This document shows positions 29,744-39,702 of a stretch of 64,000 nucleotides of DNA, one piece after another. The first letter of the stretch is position 1; every line of letters begins with the position of its first letter. Made by a program: the position numbers and the translations under genes. The notes below the pieces were generated by a model. That model had not been told where the DNA came from. It worked only from the letters and a program-made list of their open reading frames with translations, and did no database searches. Source of the DNA: an archaeon HR01 (lineage in GTDB: Archaea > Thermoproteota > Nitrososphaeria_A > Caldarchaeales > Caldarchaeaceae); assembly GCA_002898355.1 (NCBI GenBank), contig BEHD01000005.1:34411-98410 (forward strand). The letters are read 5' to 3'.

Positions 29744-31077
29744 ATCCCCTTCGTCTGGCGAAGCACATGCCTGAGACGTCTATCCTTCATCATCTTACGG
29801 GATAGCTGATAGTTACGTATCAGCTCCTTGACATCCCTCTCCGACACGCCGGCGCCTCTGGCTATCCTCCTAGCCCTCGAGTCATCCACTATCTGGGGGT
29901 TGCTCTTCTCCTCAGCAGTCATCGATTGAATTATCGCCGACCACTTCTTTATCCTCTCCTCAGCCTTCTCCAGCTCCTCCTCCGGCAGATCGGCCATGCC
30001 TGGCAGAGGTAGCTTGGAGAGTATCTTCCTGAGAGGGCCGAGCTTCTTCATCTCTCTGAGCTGGTTCACCATATCCTCGAGGGTGAAGCGGCCTGATAGG
30101 AGGGCTTTAGCCTTCTCCTCACTCACCTCCAGCTCAGCCAGCTTAACCCTCTCCACCAAGCTCTCGATATCTGGAACGCCTAGAAGGGAGGCTATATAGC
30201 CGCTGGGGTTGAAGGCCTCGAAATCCTCCAGGGCCTCTCCCACACCTATAAATTTTATCTGGGCCCCGGTGGCGGAGACAGCCGACAAAGCCCCACCACC
30301 CTTCGCAGAAGTATCCAGCTTCGTCACAATAATGGAGCCAACTCTAGTATTCTCGTGGAAGGATTTGGCGTGGACACCTGCCTGCTGGCCTATGGTTCCA
30401 TCAATCACTAGGAGGTTCTCATCAGGCTTTATAGCCTTCTCCAGCATCTTCATCTCCTCCATCAGGGTGCTCTGCTCCTTATGCCTGCCCGCAGTATCGA
30501 TAATCACCACATCCAGGTCATGGGCCGCCAGCTCTCTGATGCCTTTTACAGCGATGGCAACACTGTCTTTGGAGTCCGGCTCACCATAGACGGGTATATC
30601 CCTAGGTGCTAGGAGCTGCTGTAGCTGCTGGAAGGCGCCCGGCCTATACGTGTCTGCGCAGACCACACCCACCTTGAAGCCGTTCTTTTTAAGATAGTTG
30701 GCCAGCTTGGCCGCTGTAGTGGTCTTCCCTGCCCCCTGAATCCCTAGGAGCATGATTATGTAGGGCTTCTTACCACCTGTGGAGAATTTAGGCGGCCTGC
30801 TTCCAAGAAGGGAGGCGAGCTCCTCATAGACTATCTTGAGGACCGCGTCCTTCCTGCTGACACCTGGCGGAAGCTTCTCGGAGAGGCTGCGCTCCCTAAT
30901 CCTGTCGGAAAGCCGGCTCACAAGCTCCACATTCACATCGCTTACAAGAAGCGCCCTCTGAATCCCCCTCACCAGCTCCTCAACCGCCTGACGGTCGGCG
31001 GAGGGGGATGCCAGAAACCTGCTCAGAACATCCTTGAAGGTCTTAGCCAGCTGAGAGGCCACCATTCCACCCGGCAT
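29740..31077 (-). CDS. srp54: Signal recognition particle protein SRP54
   Basis: GIQGAGKTTTAAKLANYL P-loop, NG domain plus Met-rich M domain. Confidence 0.9.
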   Translation of the reverse strand: MPGGMVASQLAKTFKDVLSRFLASPSADRQAVEELVRGIQRALLVSDVNVELVSRLSDRIRERSLSEKLPPGVSRKDAVLKIVYEELASLLGSRPPKFSTGGKKPYIIMLLGIQGAGKTTTAAKLANYLKKNGFKVGVVCADTYRPGAFQQLQQLLAPRDIPVYGEPDSKDSVAIAVKGIRELAAHDLDVVIIDTAGRHKEQSTLMEEMKMLEKAIKPDENLLVIDGTIGQQAGVHAKSFHENTRVGSIIVTKLDTSAKGGGALSAVSATGAQIKFIGVGEALEDFEAFNPSGYIASLLGVPDIESLVERVKLAELEVSEEKAKALLSGRFTLEDMVNQLREMKKLGPLRKILSKLPLPGMADLPEEELEKAEERIKKWSAIIQSMTAEEKSNPQIVDDSRARRIARGAGVSERDVKELIRNYQLSRKMMKDRRLRHVLRQTKGI

Positions 31078-31090
31078 AGATGTATTCCGG

Positions 31091-32731
31091 CTACTTATAG
31101 GTCACCCATCCCGTCGGCTGGCGCTGTGTCTGCCCCCTCCTCTCTAGGGCGGCCCTCACAAAACCCAGATAGGCCGGCTCAGGCCTGTTGGGTCTTGAGA
31201 GATACTCTGGATGATACTGGGTGGCTAGGAAGAAATAGTTGGCGGGGTTCTCGATGACCTCAATCCTCTCGCCGTCGGGTGAAAACCCGGAGAATACCAG
31301 GCCCTTCTCCTGGAGTAGCTGCCAGAAGCTGCGGTTAACCTCATACCTGTGCCTATGCCTCTGCCTTATCTCGGTCCTCCGGTACAGCCTATGCGCCAGA
31401 GTTCCCTCCCTAATCACTATCGGTAGGGAGCCCAGCCTCATCGTCCCACCCAGCCTCCCCACACCCCTCTGCTCGGGTAGGAGGTCTATCACGGGATAGG
31501 GTGTGGAGGGGTTGAGTTCGGTGGAGTTGGCGTCCCGGAGACCGCATACATTTCGGGCGAACTCCACCACAGAGAGCTGGAGGCCGAAACATATCCCAAG
31601 GAACGGTATATCGTTCACCCTGCTGTATCTGATACATTCTATCATGCCCTCCGTCCCCCGTTTTCCGAATCCTCCTGGGACTAGGACCCCGTCATATTGG
31701 GAGAGCGTATCGATGCTTCCCGGGTCCTCCTCGAACTTCTCAGTCCCTATCCAGTCTATCTCAGCCCTAACACCCAGGTTCACACCCGCATGCTGTAGCG
31801 CCTCCTTGACGCTAACATAAGAGTCCACAAGCTGGGTGTATTTGCCGCATACAGCAATTCTGACAAAGCCCTCAGCACCCATATACAATCCGACGGTCCT
31901 ACGCCATTCAGACCAGTCAGGCTCTCCCACAGCTAACTTTAGACGCCTCACAATATAATCACCCATACCCTGCCCCTCCAGTACAAGTGGGACGGAGTAG
32001 ACGCACTCAACATCGTATGATGAGAAGACGGCCTCCTCGGGCAGGGTGCCGAAGAGGGCTATCTTCCTCCTCGTGGGTTCGTCTATAGGCTTATCGCTCC
32101 GGGCTACGATGAGGTCGGGTTGGATGCCTATGCTCCTCATAGCGTTGACGCTGTGCTGGAGGGCTTTAGTCTTAAACTCGCCGGTGGCCTTAAGGGTTAG
32201 GACCAGAGCCACGTGGACGAATACAGTATTCTCATAACCTTCCTCAAGCCGCATCTGACGGACCGCTTCCAGGAACGGCTGGCTTTCGATGTCTCCCACG
32301 GTCCCACCCACCTCAACAACCACCACGTCAACACCTGAGGCACCAACCTTCCTAATCCGCCGCTTAATCTCATCAGTTACGTGGGGAACAATCTGGACAC
32401 ACTGGCCCAGATAATCGCCACGCCTCTCCTTAGCTATAACCTCCGAATATATCTGGCCGGTAGTTATGTTACACTCCTTGGTGGTGGTGATGTCTAGGAA
32501 ACGTTCATACCATCCAAGGTCTAGGTCGGTCTCCCCACCGTCATCGGTGACGAAGACCTCTCCATGGGAGAATGGGTTAAGCGTCCCAGCGTCCACGTTG
32601 ACGTAGGGGTCTATCTTGATAAACCCCACCCCAAGCCCGCGGACTGAGAGAATCTTACCGATAGAAGCTGCAACAGTCCCCTTGCCTACACTACTCACAA
32701 CGCCGCCCGTCACAAAGATGTACTTGGGCAT
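31091..32731 (-). CDS. pyrG: CTP synthase
   Basis: MPKYIFVTGGVVSSVGKG N-terminus; glutamine amidotransferase GICFGLQ. The ORF-track start 32776 is probably too far upstream. Confidence 0.9.
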   Translation of the reverse strand: MPKYIFVTGGVVSSVGKGTVAASIGKILSVRGLGVGFIKIDPYVNVDAGTLNPFSHGEVFVTDDGGETDLDLGWYERFLDITTTKECNITTGQIYSEVIAKERRGDYLGQCVQIVPHVTDEIKRRIRKVGASGVDVVVVEVGGTVGDIESQPFLEAVRQMRLEEGYENTVFVHVALVLTLKATGEFKTKALQHSVNAMRSIGIQPDLIVARSDKPIDEPTRRKIALFGTLPEEAVFSSYDVECVYSVPLVLEGQGMGDYIVRRLKLAVGEPDWSEWRRTVGLYMGAEGFVRIAVCGKYTQLVDSYVSVKEALQHAGVNLGVRAEIDWIGTEKFEEDPGSIDTLSQYDGVLVPGGFGKRGTEGMIECIRYSRVNDIPFLGICFGLQLSVVEFARNVCGLRDANSTELNPSTPYPVIDLLPEQRGVGRLGGTMRLGSLPIVIREGTLAHRLYRRTEIRQRHRHRYEVNRSFWQLLQEKGLVFSGFSPDGERIEVIENPANYFFLATQYHPEYLSRPNRPEPAYLGFVRAALERRGQTQRQPTGWVTYK

Positions 32732-32747
32732 ATACAACAAATATGCA

Positions 32748-32760
32748 GCTTTTATAAAAA
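32748..32760 (-). promoter_or_regulatory. TATA box (tttttataaaag on the minus strand) 17-29 nt upstream of the pyrG ATG; leaderless-type promoter
   Basis: AT-rich dodecamer at the canonical archaeal distance. Confidence 0.4.
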
Positions 32761-32853
32761 TCCTTCCCATCCACAATTACGGACAGCCGGCCCTAGTTCG
32801 CAGCCCACCCTGCGTCAACGGAGAAAGTTTCCACCCAACCACTAAATAGGGGC

Positions 32854-32927
32854 TGGACCGGGAGGGATTTGAACCCTCGACCTCCGGTGTGCAAAACCGG
32901 CGTTCTCCCAGACTGAACTACCGGCCC
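32854..32927 (-). tRNA. tRNA-Ala (anticodon TGC), 74 nt, CCA not encoded
   Basis: Hand-folded cloverleaf: acceptor GGGCCGG/CCGGTCC with the G3:U70 Ala identity pair; D stem GTTC/GAAC; anticodon stem CCGGT/ACCGG with loop TTTGCAC; T arm GAGGG-TTCAAAT-CCCTC; discriminator A. Confidence 0.85.
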
Positions 32928-32983
32928 CATGTCTGGGGGTGCCAGTATTTATATAAGTTTTCCTGCAGCTGTTCACGGGCCCC

Positions 32984-33784
32984 TCAGTCTGTGAGGTATC
33001 CACCGTCTACGATGAGTACTGCGCCGTTCACGTAGCTTGCTAGGTCTGAGGCGAGGAAGAGGATGGCCCTCGCCACTTCGTCTGGCTCTCCCAGCCTTTT
33101 CAGTGGTATGCGGGAGATGAAGCTCATACCCGTGAGGAAGAATCCGAGCTGGAGTTTTTTGATGGCTTCGTTTCTGACTTTATCTGTTCCGGGTGTGTGA
33201 ATGCCTCCAGGCATTACGGCGTTGACCCTGAAGCCTTTCTCCCCGTACTCCCGTGCTAGGGCTCTACTCAGTGCGACGAGGCCTATTTTGCTCACTCCGT
33301 AGTGGGTTAGGCCTTTGACGAGATGTAGGACAGCCTCGATGGAGCTGACGTTAACTATCACACCACCCCTATTGCCACGCACCCCCACCATGTGCTGACA
33401 CATGTAGAAAGCCGACTTCAAATTCACCTCAAGTGTCCTCTCAAGGAAATCCTCATCAACATCTAGGAAGTCCCGGAACTCGTAGACGCCTGCGTTATTC
33501 ACCAAAATATCCGGGGCCGACACTTTCAACCCAGACCACAGCCCATCTATCTCCCTCTTCTTGGACAGATCAACTTTTTTCACCTCTACTTGAGCCCCAT
33601 ATCTTTCTCTAATGGACGAGGCAACGCTTTCGAGACCGACCTCATTGATGTCCACAAGTATCAGGCTTGCGCCAGCCTCTGCAAACCTCTCCGAGACCGA
33701 CCTCCCTATACCTGAAGCGGCGCCAGTTACCAACGCTTTTCTACCCTTCAGAGAAATCAACTCACTCAAAGGGGTTGAAGCCAT
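32984..33784 (-). CDS. Short-chain dehydrogenase/reductase (SDR)
   Basis: TGAASGIGRSV Rossmann motif, NNAG, and a YxxxK active site. Confidence 0.8.
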   Translation of the reverse strand: MASTPLSELISLKGRKALVTGAASGIGRSVSERFAEAGASLILVDINEVGLESVASSIRERYGAQVEVKKVDLSKKREIDGLWSGLKVSAPDILVNNAGVYEFRDFLDVDEDFLERTLEVNLKSAFYMCQHMVGVRGNRGGVIVNVSSIEAVLHLVKGLTHYGVSKIGLVALSRALAREYGEKGFRVNAVMPGGIHTPGTDKVRNEAIKKLQLGFFLTGMSFISRIPLKRLGEPDEVARAILFLASDLASYVNGAVLIVDGGYLTD

Positions 33785-33906
33785 GTGTTATTCTAAGAGC
33801 TCGTAGGGTGTTTAAAAAGCTTCAACCGTCGCATCTACAGCATTTCTATAACAGCGCGAAACCCTCTCACCGTATATTTTATATGCAAGCTCTCCCCCGT
33901 CTCGTC

Positions 33907-34353
33907 ATGGGACCCAGTATTTTGGTGGCAGTGGATGGCTCCAGCCACTCCCACAAAGTTTTGGACTCTGCCATAAAACTGGCTAAACGTTTTAATGCGA
34001 AAATTTTTCTGATGCATGTGGTGCAGAAGATAGAGGCTCCTGAGGAGTTCGCCCAATATGTCAAGACAGAAAGGATTGATACAGACCCAGATTTCTACTA
34101 TAGGAGGCTGGTGGGTGAGATGATCCTCGAAAAACTGGGCGGTAAAGTCTTTTCCGAGGGGTTGGAGATGGAGAAGCTACTGGAGTTCGGCGATCCGGCG
34201 GAGAGGATTTTGGAGGTGTCAGAAAATCTAAAGCCTGAGTTTATAGTTTTGGGCATAATCGGCCTGAGGGGGGTCAGGAGAGTTGCGGCTCTTGGCAGTG
34301 TTGCCCGCCGTGTGATTGAAAACTCTAGATTTCCTGTGGTGGCGGTGCCTTAG
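33907..34353 (+). CDS. Universal stress protein (UspA family)
   Basis: MGPSILVAVDGSSHS... and C-terminal GSVARRVIENSRFPVVAV; start moved to the first ATG outside the SDR gene. Confidence 0.65.
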   Translation: MGPSILVAVDGSSHSHKVLDSAIKLAKRFNAKIFLMHVVQKIEAPEEFAQYVKTERIDTDPDFYYRRLVGEMILEKLGGKVFSEGLEMEKLLEFGDPAERILEVSENLKPEFIVLGIIGLRGVRRVAALGSVARRVIENSRFPVVAVP

Positions 34354-34360
34354 CCAGTCT

Positions 34361-34879
34361 ATGACTGAGAGAGCTGGCTACTACATAGATAGGTCACCGT
34401 TGGGGTTGCTGGCCGTCGCCGCCTCCGAGAGAGGAATCGTGATGGTTAGACTCCAGACCAGGGGAGATGTTTTCCTCCGAGAATTGGTGGAAAAAGGCTT
34501 CACTCCGTCGAAAGTCGGTTCAGGCCCCGCATTCGAGGCGTTCAACCAAATCGTAGAATATCTGCAAGGTGTTAGGAAACATTTCACCGTTGAACTTGAT
34601 CTAAGGGGCACTGCTTTCCAGAAGAAGATATGGAGGGAGGTGATAAAAATCCCCTACGGCAAGCTGAAGACCTATAGTGAAGTCGCAGCGGCCGCAGGGT
34701 ATCCAAAGGCATACCGTGCGGCGGGAAACGCTGTTGGAGCCAACCCAGCACCCCTCATAGTTCCCTGCCACCGTGTTGTGAGAAGCGGCTGGATAATGGG
34801 TGGATACGGTGGACGGGAAGATATTAAGGAGAAACTTCTGAGGCTGGAGGGGTCTTATTCACAGCTTAAGAAAAAATAA
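34361..34879 (+). CDS. ogt: Methylated-DNA-protein-cysteine methyltransferase
   Basis: IPYGKLKTYSEVAAAAG...NPAPLIVPCHRVV active-site PCHRV. Confidence 0.8.
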   Translation: MTERAGYYIDRSPLGLLAVAASERGIVMVRLQTRGDVFLRELVEKGFTPSKVGSGPAFEAFNQIVEYLQGVRKHFTVELDLRGTAFQKKIWREVIKIPYGKLKTYSEVAAAAGYPKAYRAAGNAVGANPAPLIVPCHRVVRSGWIMGGYGGREDIKEKLLRLEGSYSQLKKK

Positions 34880-34884
34880 TGGGT

Positions 34885-36510
34885 TTAGAACTCCGGTGTT
34901 TCTCCTTCGCCGGGCTTCTTTTCTTCCTTCTTCTTGGAAGCCGCAACTACGTCGTCTATCCGCAGTATCATCGATGCTGCTTCAAAGGCGGACTTGATGG
35001 CGTGGGCCTTGACCTTAGCCGGCTCCAGCACCCCATGCTCCAGCATATCCGCCACCCCGCCACCGTAGATATTGACTCCGTAGGAGCTCTTGCCAGTCTC
35101 GTGGGCGTGTCTAAGCTGGGCCATAACCTCGACCGGCTCCAATCCAGCATTCTCGCTTAAGGTTCTCGGAATCACTTCAAGGGCGTCCGCAAAAGCAAGG
35201 AAAGCCATCTGCTCCTTACCTGAGAGTTTGCCGGCATTCTGTCTAAGATATCTGCTGGCCTCAGACTCGAAAGCCCCTCCACCAGTCACGTATCGTGGGT
35301 CGTCCACTATATCTATCATGTTCATGATGGCGTCGTTTATGGCCCTCTCGGCTTCATCCAGCTGTCTCTCGAGACCGGCCCGTATCAATATGGCCACTGA
35401 TTTGGGGTTCTCACATTTCTCGATAAACACCATCCTATCCTCGCCTATCTTACGCTCCTCAACCAGCCCAGCCTTCCCGAGGTCCTTCGGCGATAGGTCT
35501 TCGAAGTTTGTGACAATCCGGCCGCCGGTAGCCTTGGCCAGCTTCTCCATGTCGCTCTTCTTCACACGCCTAACCGCGAGGATGCCCTCCTTCGCTAGGA
35601 AGAACTGTGCGGCGTCGTCGATTCCCTTCTGGCAGAAGACCACGTTGGCTCCAGCCGCCTTAACTCTGTCAACCATACCCTTAAGGATGTTGGTCTCCTC
35701 ATCGAGAAACTCTTTGATCTTTAACGGGTCTCTGATTCTTATCTCTGCGCTAAACTCGGTCTTCTCAATCTCGAAGGGTGCGTCCACCAGGGCTATACGG
35801 GCGTTTTCAATCCTCTTCGGCATCGCTGCATGGACAACCTCCTTATCCACCACAACACCTTTAACAAGCTCCGACTCCAGCAGGCTCTTACCTATCTTCT
35901 TCACAATCTGGATGTCGTCTTTGTCAGCTTTGAGCTGGCCATTCACCTCCTTAACCACATTCAAGACAGCATCTATGGCTATGTCTGTTATGTGGTCCAA
36001 GGCAAAGCCTAGTGACTTGCTTCCCAGAGAGGTCTTCACAATTTTCCTCAGAGTCTCTCTGTCCTTGAGGTCTATCTTCTTTGACATCTTGTCGAGGACT
36101 TCCAGCGACATATCTACGGCCTTCTTATAGCCTGAGATTATAGTGCTGGCGTGTATCTTCTGCTCTATCAGCTCCTCAGCTTTCTTGAGGAGCTCGCCCG
36201 CTATAACCACGGCGGATGTCGTCCCGTCACCTACCACATGGTCCTGGGTCTTGGCCACCTCAATAATCATCTTGGCAGCCGGATGCTCGACATCCATCTT
36301 CTCGAGAATTGTTGCACCATCGTTAGTCACTATTACGTCGCCTATATTGTCGACCAGCAGCTTATCCATCCCCTTAGGTCCAAGGGTTGTCTTCACGATT
36401 TCAGCGATTATCTTTGCGGCAGCTATGTTATTCCTCTGGGCGATTCTTCCCTGGGTTCTACTAGTGCCCTCTTTCAAAACTATTACAGGTTGACCTGCAG
36501 CTAGAGCCAT
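34885..36510 (-). CDS. ths: Thermosome subunit (group II chaperonin)
   Basis: GDGTTS ATP motif, KEGTSRTQG, apical domain, C-terminal GGM-like tail; 541 aa. Confidence 0.9.
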   Translation of the reverse strand: MALAAGQPVIVLKEGTSRTQGRIAQRNNIAAAKIIAEIVKTTLGPKGMDKLLVDNIGDVIVTNDGATILEKMDVEHPAAKMIIEVAKTQDHVVGDGTTSAVVIAGELLKKAEELIEQKIHASTIISGYKKAVDMSLEVLDKMSKKIDLKDRETLRKIVKTSLGSKSLGFALDHITDIAIDAVLNVVKEVNGQLKADKDDIQIVKKIGKSLLESELVKGVVVDKEVVHAAMPKRIENARIALVDAPFEIEKTEFSAEIRIRDPLKIKEFLDEETNILKGMVDRVKAAGANVVFCQKGIDDAAQFFLAKEGILAVRRVKKSDMEKLAKATGGRIVTNFEDLSPKDLGKAGLVEERKIGEDRMVFIEKCENPKSVAILIRAGLERQLDEAERAINDAIMNMIDIVDDPRYVTGGGAFESEASRYLRQNAGKLSGKEQMAFLAFADALEVIPRTLSENAGLEPVEVMAQLRHAHETGKSSYGVNIYGGGVADMLEHGVLEPAKVKAHAIKSAFEAASMILRIDDVVAASKKKEEKKPGEGETPEF

Positions 36511-36566
36511 ATTCCATCTCCAAGATTATGGGATTCTAACGAGCTGGATATAAGGTTAAACTAGTA

Positions 36567-36815
36567 TTATGATGGGTATATTCCCCTTAAAACGGTTTTC
36601 GCCGCCCTATCGATGTCTTCACGTTTTACGGTGCGTCTCCCAGCATACTGGGCCAATCCAATGGCCTCCTTCGCTATTATCTGGCCTACAGTCTCTAAAA
36701 CCCTCCTCAACTCCTCTGCAGCATCCTCACTAACACGGGTTGCCCCCGCCTTCTTTATCAAGCGGTGAATGGGGGCTGATGAGAGTTCGTTCTCCCGAAT
36801 ACTCATACATGACAC
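36567..36815 (-). CDS. Archaeal histone (HMf-type histone fold)
   Basis: PIHRLIKKAGATRVSEDAAEELRRVLETVGQIIAKEAIGLAQYAGRRTVKREDIDRA aligns with HMfB L1/L2 and the RT/RKT DNA-binding residues. Confidence 0.8.
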   Translation of the reverse strand: MSCMSIRENELSSAPIHRLIKKAGATRVSEDAAEELRRVLETVGQIIAKEAIGLAQYAGRRTVKREDIDRAAKTVLRGIYPS

Positions 36816-37065
36816 CCTATAAAATGGCCTAGATAGTTGCTTAAAGGCTTTTAACAGGTTTTGGAGTCCAACAGCCCGAGAATATGACGTGGGTAATGGC
36901 TTAGTTCTGGGAGGCCCGGTCCAAATGGCTTGGAGAAGGATTTTATGGGCCTATTTCCCGGGAAATACGTTAATAGGTCTCCTGTATATCTTCTGGTAAA
37001 TAAATTTTTCTGCAAAAACAAATTTTTAATATTTGCCGGATAGAGAATACCCAGCAGTGAAATAG

Positions 37066-37926
37066 ATGTCGTCCACCCGTATAACGTGTCCCAACTGCGG
37101 CCGGTCAACTATTAAGGGTAAATTCTGCATATACTGTGGATACACCCTAGAGCCTGCTCCTACCCCTGTGGAGCCTCCAGAGGTTTCTGAGGAGCTTCTG
37201 ACCAAGGCTGAGCAACAGGCCGCTGATATAGTGGCTACTCCATCCCCAGAGGCCAAGCCATCCGAGCCTATTGCTACGGCCGAGGAGACACCTGTTGAAG
37301 AGAAGCGCCTCACAGACCAGATAGCCAGCATATATAATTGGTGGTTAAGGTTGGTGGATATCTTCCTCAACAAGGAGGCTGATGCGGAGATTTTCACCGA
37401 ACTCCATAAAGAATACAAGTCGAGGCTAGACGCACTAAATCAGAAGCGGGAGGCTGAGATTAGGAAGACTGAGGAGAGGATAAACGAGCTGACGAGTAAT
37501 CTGGAGAAGCTCAAGGTAAAACATGAGATTGGCGAGGTCCCTGACAGGGTTTACATCACGCAGAAGCTGGAGATCGATAGGGAGATAGGCAGGCTAAGGC
37601 CCAAGCTTGGAATTTTACAGAACCCATTCAACATAAGACTGGGAGACCTCCCCTCGTTCAAAGAACAGCTGGAGGAGAGGCTGGAAAAGTTTAACGCCAA
37701 CATTAAGAACTTAGGACTGTCTGATGGTATAGCTGCCGAGGTTGCGGGGGAGCTTCAAAAGGCGCTGAAGATATTAGAGGTTTTGATGTCCCAGCACAGG
37801 AAGATCAGCAAGGAGCTGGAGAAGCTGGAGATAAGATTTAAGATAGGTGAGCTGAAGCAGAGCGAATATCTTTCACAGAAGCAGAAGCTGGAGAGACAGC
37901 TGGAGCTAACGGCGGGAAGCGTTTAA
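37066..37926 (+). CDS. Zinc-ribbon plus long coiled-coil protein, unknown function
   Basis: N-terminal CPNCGRSTIKGKFCIYCGY, an acidic P/E/T-rich linker, then about 190 aa of heptad repeats. Confidence 0.4.
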   Translation: MSSTRITCPNCGRSTIKGKFCIYCGYTLEPAPTPVEPPEVSEELLTKAEQQAADIVATPSPEAKPSEPIATAEETPVEEKRLTDQIASIYNWWLRLVDIFLNKEADAEIFTELHKEYKSRLDALNQKREAEIRKTEERINELTSNLEKLKVKHEIGEVPDRVYITQKLEIDREIGRLRPKLGILQNPFNIRLGDLPSFKEQLEERLEKFNANIKNLGLSDGIAAEVAGELQKALKILEVLMSQHRKISKELEKLEIRFKIGELKQSEYLSQKQKLERQLELTAGSV

Positions 37927-37952
37927 AGCTGGGCCTGAGGACTTGGAGCCGA

Positions 37953-38573
37953 GTGCAATTGTCTAGGCTAGTGGTGGTTGTTGTAGCTCTCCCCGGCTCC
38001 GGGAAGAGCACAGTACTTGCAAGGCTTTCGGAGAGTTTGCCAGATGTAAAGGTGGTGAACTTCGGCGACCTGATGCTCTCCGAGGCGTCCAGAATCTACG
38101 GCGTCAGACATAGAGATGATATGAGGCGGCTCCTAGTATTAGACGACTACCGACGGCTTCAGGTGGAGGCTGCGAAACGGATTTCAGAGATTGACGGCGT
38201 GGTCGTAGTCGATACCCACGCTGTTATCAAGACAGAGCACGGGCTTTACCCCGGTCTGCCCACAGAGGTTGTGAAGCTGATAAATCCCACGATAATTTTC
38301 TTCATTGAGCCAAGGCCTGAGGATGTCCTAGAGCGGAGGATGAAGGATGAAACCAGCCGGAAGAGGGAGATAACAAGCGCTGACGAGATTGCCCGAGACC
38401 TAGATATCAGTAAGCAGTTTACAGTTGCAGCAGCTAATGAGGCCATGTGCTATCTCAAGATAATCCGCCAGACATATCCCCAGGAGTATCCCTTCCAACA
38501 CGCCGTAGAAGCCGCCAGAGAAATAGCTGGGACGATTAAGACCCTTGCTCAGCTTGTCCGCCAGCAAACATGA
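37953..38573 (+). CDS. adkA: Archaeal-type adenylate kinase (AdkA family)
   Basis: VVVALPGSGKST P-loop, KVVNFGDLM, VVVDTHAVIKTEHGLYPGLP, NPTIIFFIE resembling methanococcal AdkA. Confidence 0.65.
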   Translation: MQLSRLVVVVVALPGSGKSTVLARLSESLPDVKVVNFGDLMLSEASRIYGVRHRDDMRRLLVLDDYRRLQVEAAKRISEIDGVVVVDTHAVIKTEHGLYPGLPTEVVKLINPTIIFFIEPRPEDVLERRMKDETSRKREITSADEIARDLDISKQFTVAAANEAMCYLKIIRQTYPQEYPFQHAVEAAREIAGTIKTLAQLVRQQT

Positions 38574-38693
38574 TATAGATTATCGCTGCAAGGAGAATTA
38601 TAATTCCTATGAATGCGGATGCGGGTTGCCCACTTCCCGCACGCCATGCTAGATAACTGGCGATGGGCGATACTAGCAGTATTACTGCAAAGA

Positions 38694-39524
38694 CTATGTA
38701 GGTGAGATGTTTTCGTTCCATGTGTCGTCAGTGATATGGCGTGAATTTATCTCTGACTTTCTCGCCGAGACTATGTAGGCTGTATGTCCTCTCATCAGGA
38801 ATTCGGGCCTAGTCATACCCCTCTTCACCCTGATGTCACGTACCAGTATCTCCACACATGATATATCGTCAAAACCACCTACCCGCAGATTCTCCACGGT
38901 CTCCACCACCTGCTCTATGGTTGGGCTGAGGGAGAGGAGCCTACCGCTGGGTTTGAGGGCTTTCCAGGCGTTGCCAACCGCTTTCCACGGCTCGGGGACG
39001 TCAAGGAAGACTGCGTCCACATCCTTCTCGGACACCTCACTGTAGACATCTCCATGTTTGAGCTCGACATATTCCCGTAGCCCAAGCCTTTCCAAGGTGT
39101 AGTGGGCGGCCTCGAGATATTCCTGGTTTATGTCATAGCTGAAAACCCTTCCTGTCGGTCTGACGTAGTAGGCTAAGGTGGCTGTTAAAACACCTGTCCC
39201 AGTCCCAGCCTCCAGGACCACGCTCCCCGGACCTATACCGGAGATAAGAACCATGTATCCCAGGTCCTTCGGATACACTATCTGTGTTATTCGCCTGACC
39301 TTGCTGAGGAGGTCTTGGAGGAGTGGTTTATGGGCTGTCATACGGACGCCGGTGTTGCTTCTGACTACGCATCCATACTCTCTCCCCACCAGCTCGCCTA
39401 GATCTATATACCCCTCGCTACTGTGAAATTTCTTGCCCCTACGCACGGCCACGAGATATTTTTTCCCCGACTCAGTCAAGATAAGCACCGTGCACCCTTC
39501 CTCAATCCTTGACATGGCTAGCAT
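38694..39524 (-). CDS. trmI: tRNA (adenine-N1)-methyltransferase TrmI (Gcd14 family)
   Basis: VLEAGTGTGVLTATLA SAM motif and overall TrmI layout. Confidence 0.7.
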   Translation of the reverse strand: MLAMSRIEEGCTVLILTESGKKYLVAVRRGKKFHSSEGYIDLGELVGREYGCVVRSNTGVRMTAHKPLLQDLLSKVRRITQIVYPKDLGYMVLISGIGPGSVVLEAGTGTGVLTATLAYYVRPTGRVFSYDINQEYLEAAHYTLERLGLREYVELKHGDVYSEVSEKDVDAVFLDVPEPWKAVGNAWKALKPSGRLLSLSPTIEQVVETVENLRVGGFDDISCVEILVRDIRVKRGMTRPEFLMRGHTAYIVSARKSEINSRHITDDTWNENISPT

Positions 39525-39702
39525 TGATACGGCTGGGCGGGTATAAACATGACTGGGGAAAACCTAATGAGAACGGATGTAATGGGAGGTATATGCGGCG
39601 GTGATGTCTCAGAGTTACTAGGATATGGTGAATGGAAGGCATTTGACTGAGCCGCAAAAAGGGATCTGGGCTCATATTTTTAAGTCATACTGTGAGGAGA
39701 GA

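Noticed and set aside
35090-36504. Long plus-strand ORFs (346 aa, 116 aa, 117 aa) opposite the thermosome
   Set aside because: Antisense to a highly confident thermosome gene. Ser/Ala/Leu-rich composition typical of GC-rich antisense frames.
38536-38721. 61-aa minus-strand ORF overlapping the 3' end of adkA
   Set aside because: It overlaps a confident gene and is short and hydrophobic. It is probably a spurious call, though a tiny membrane peptide cannot be excluded.
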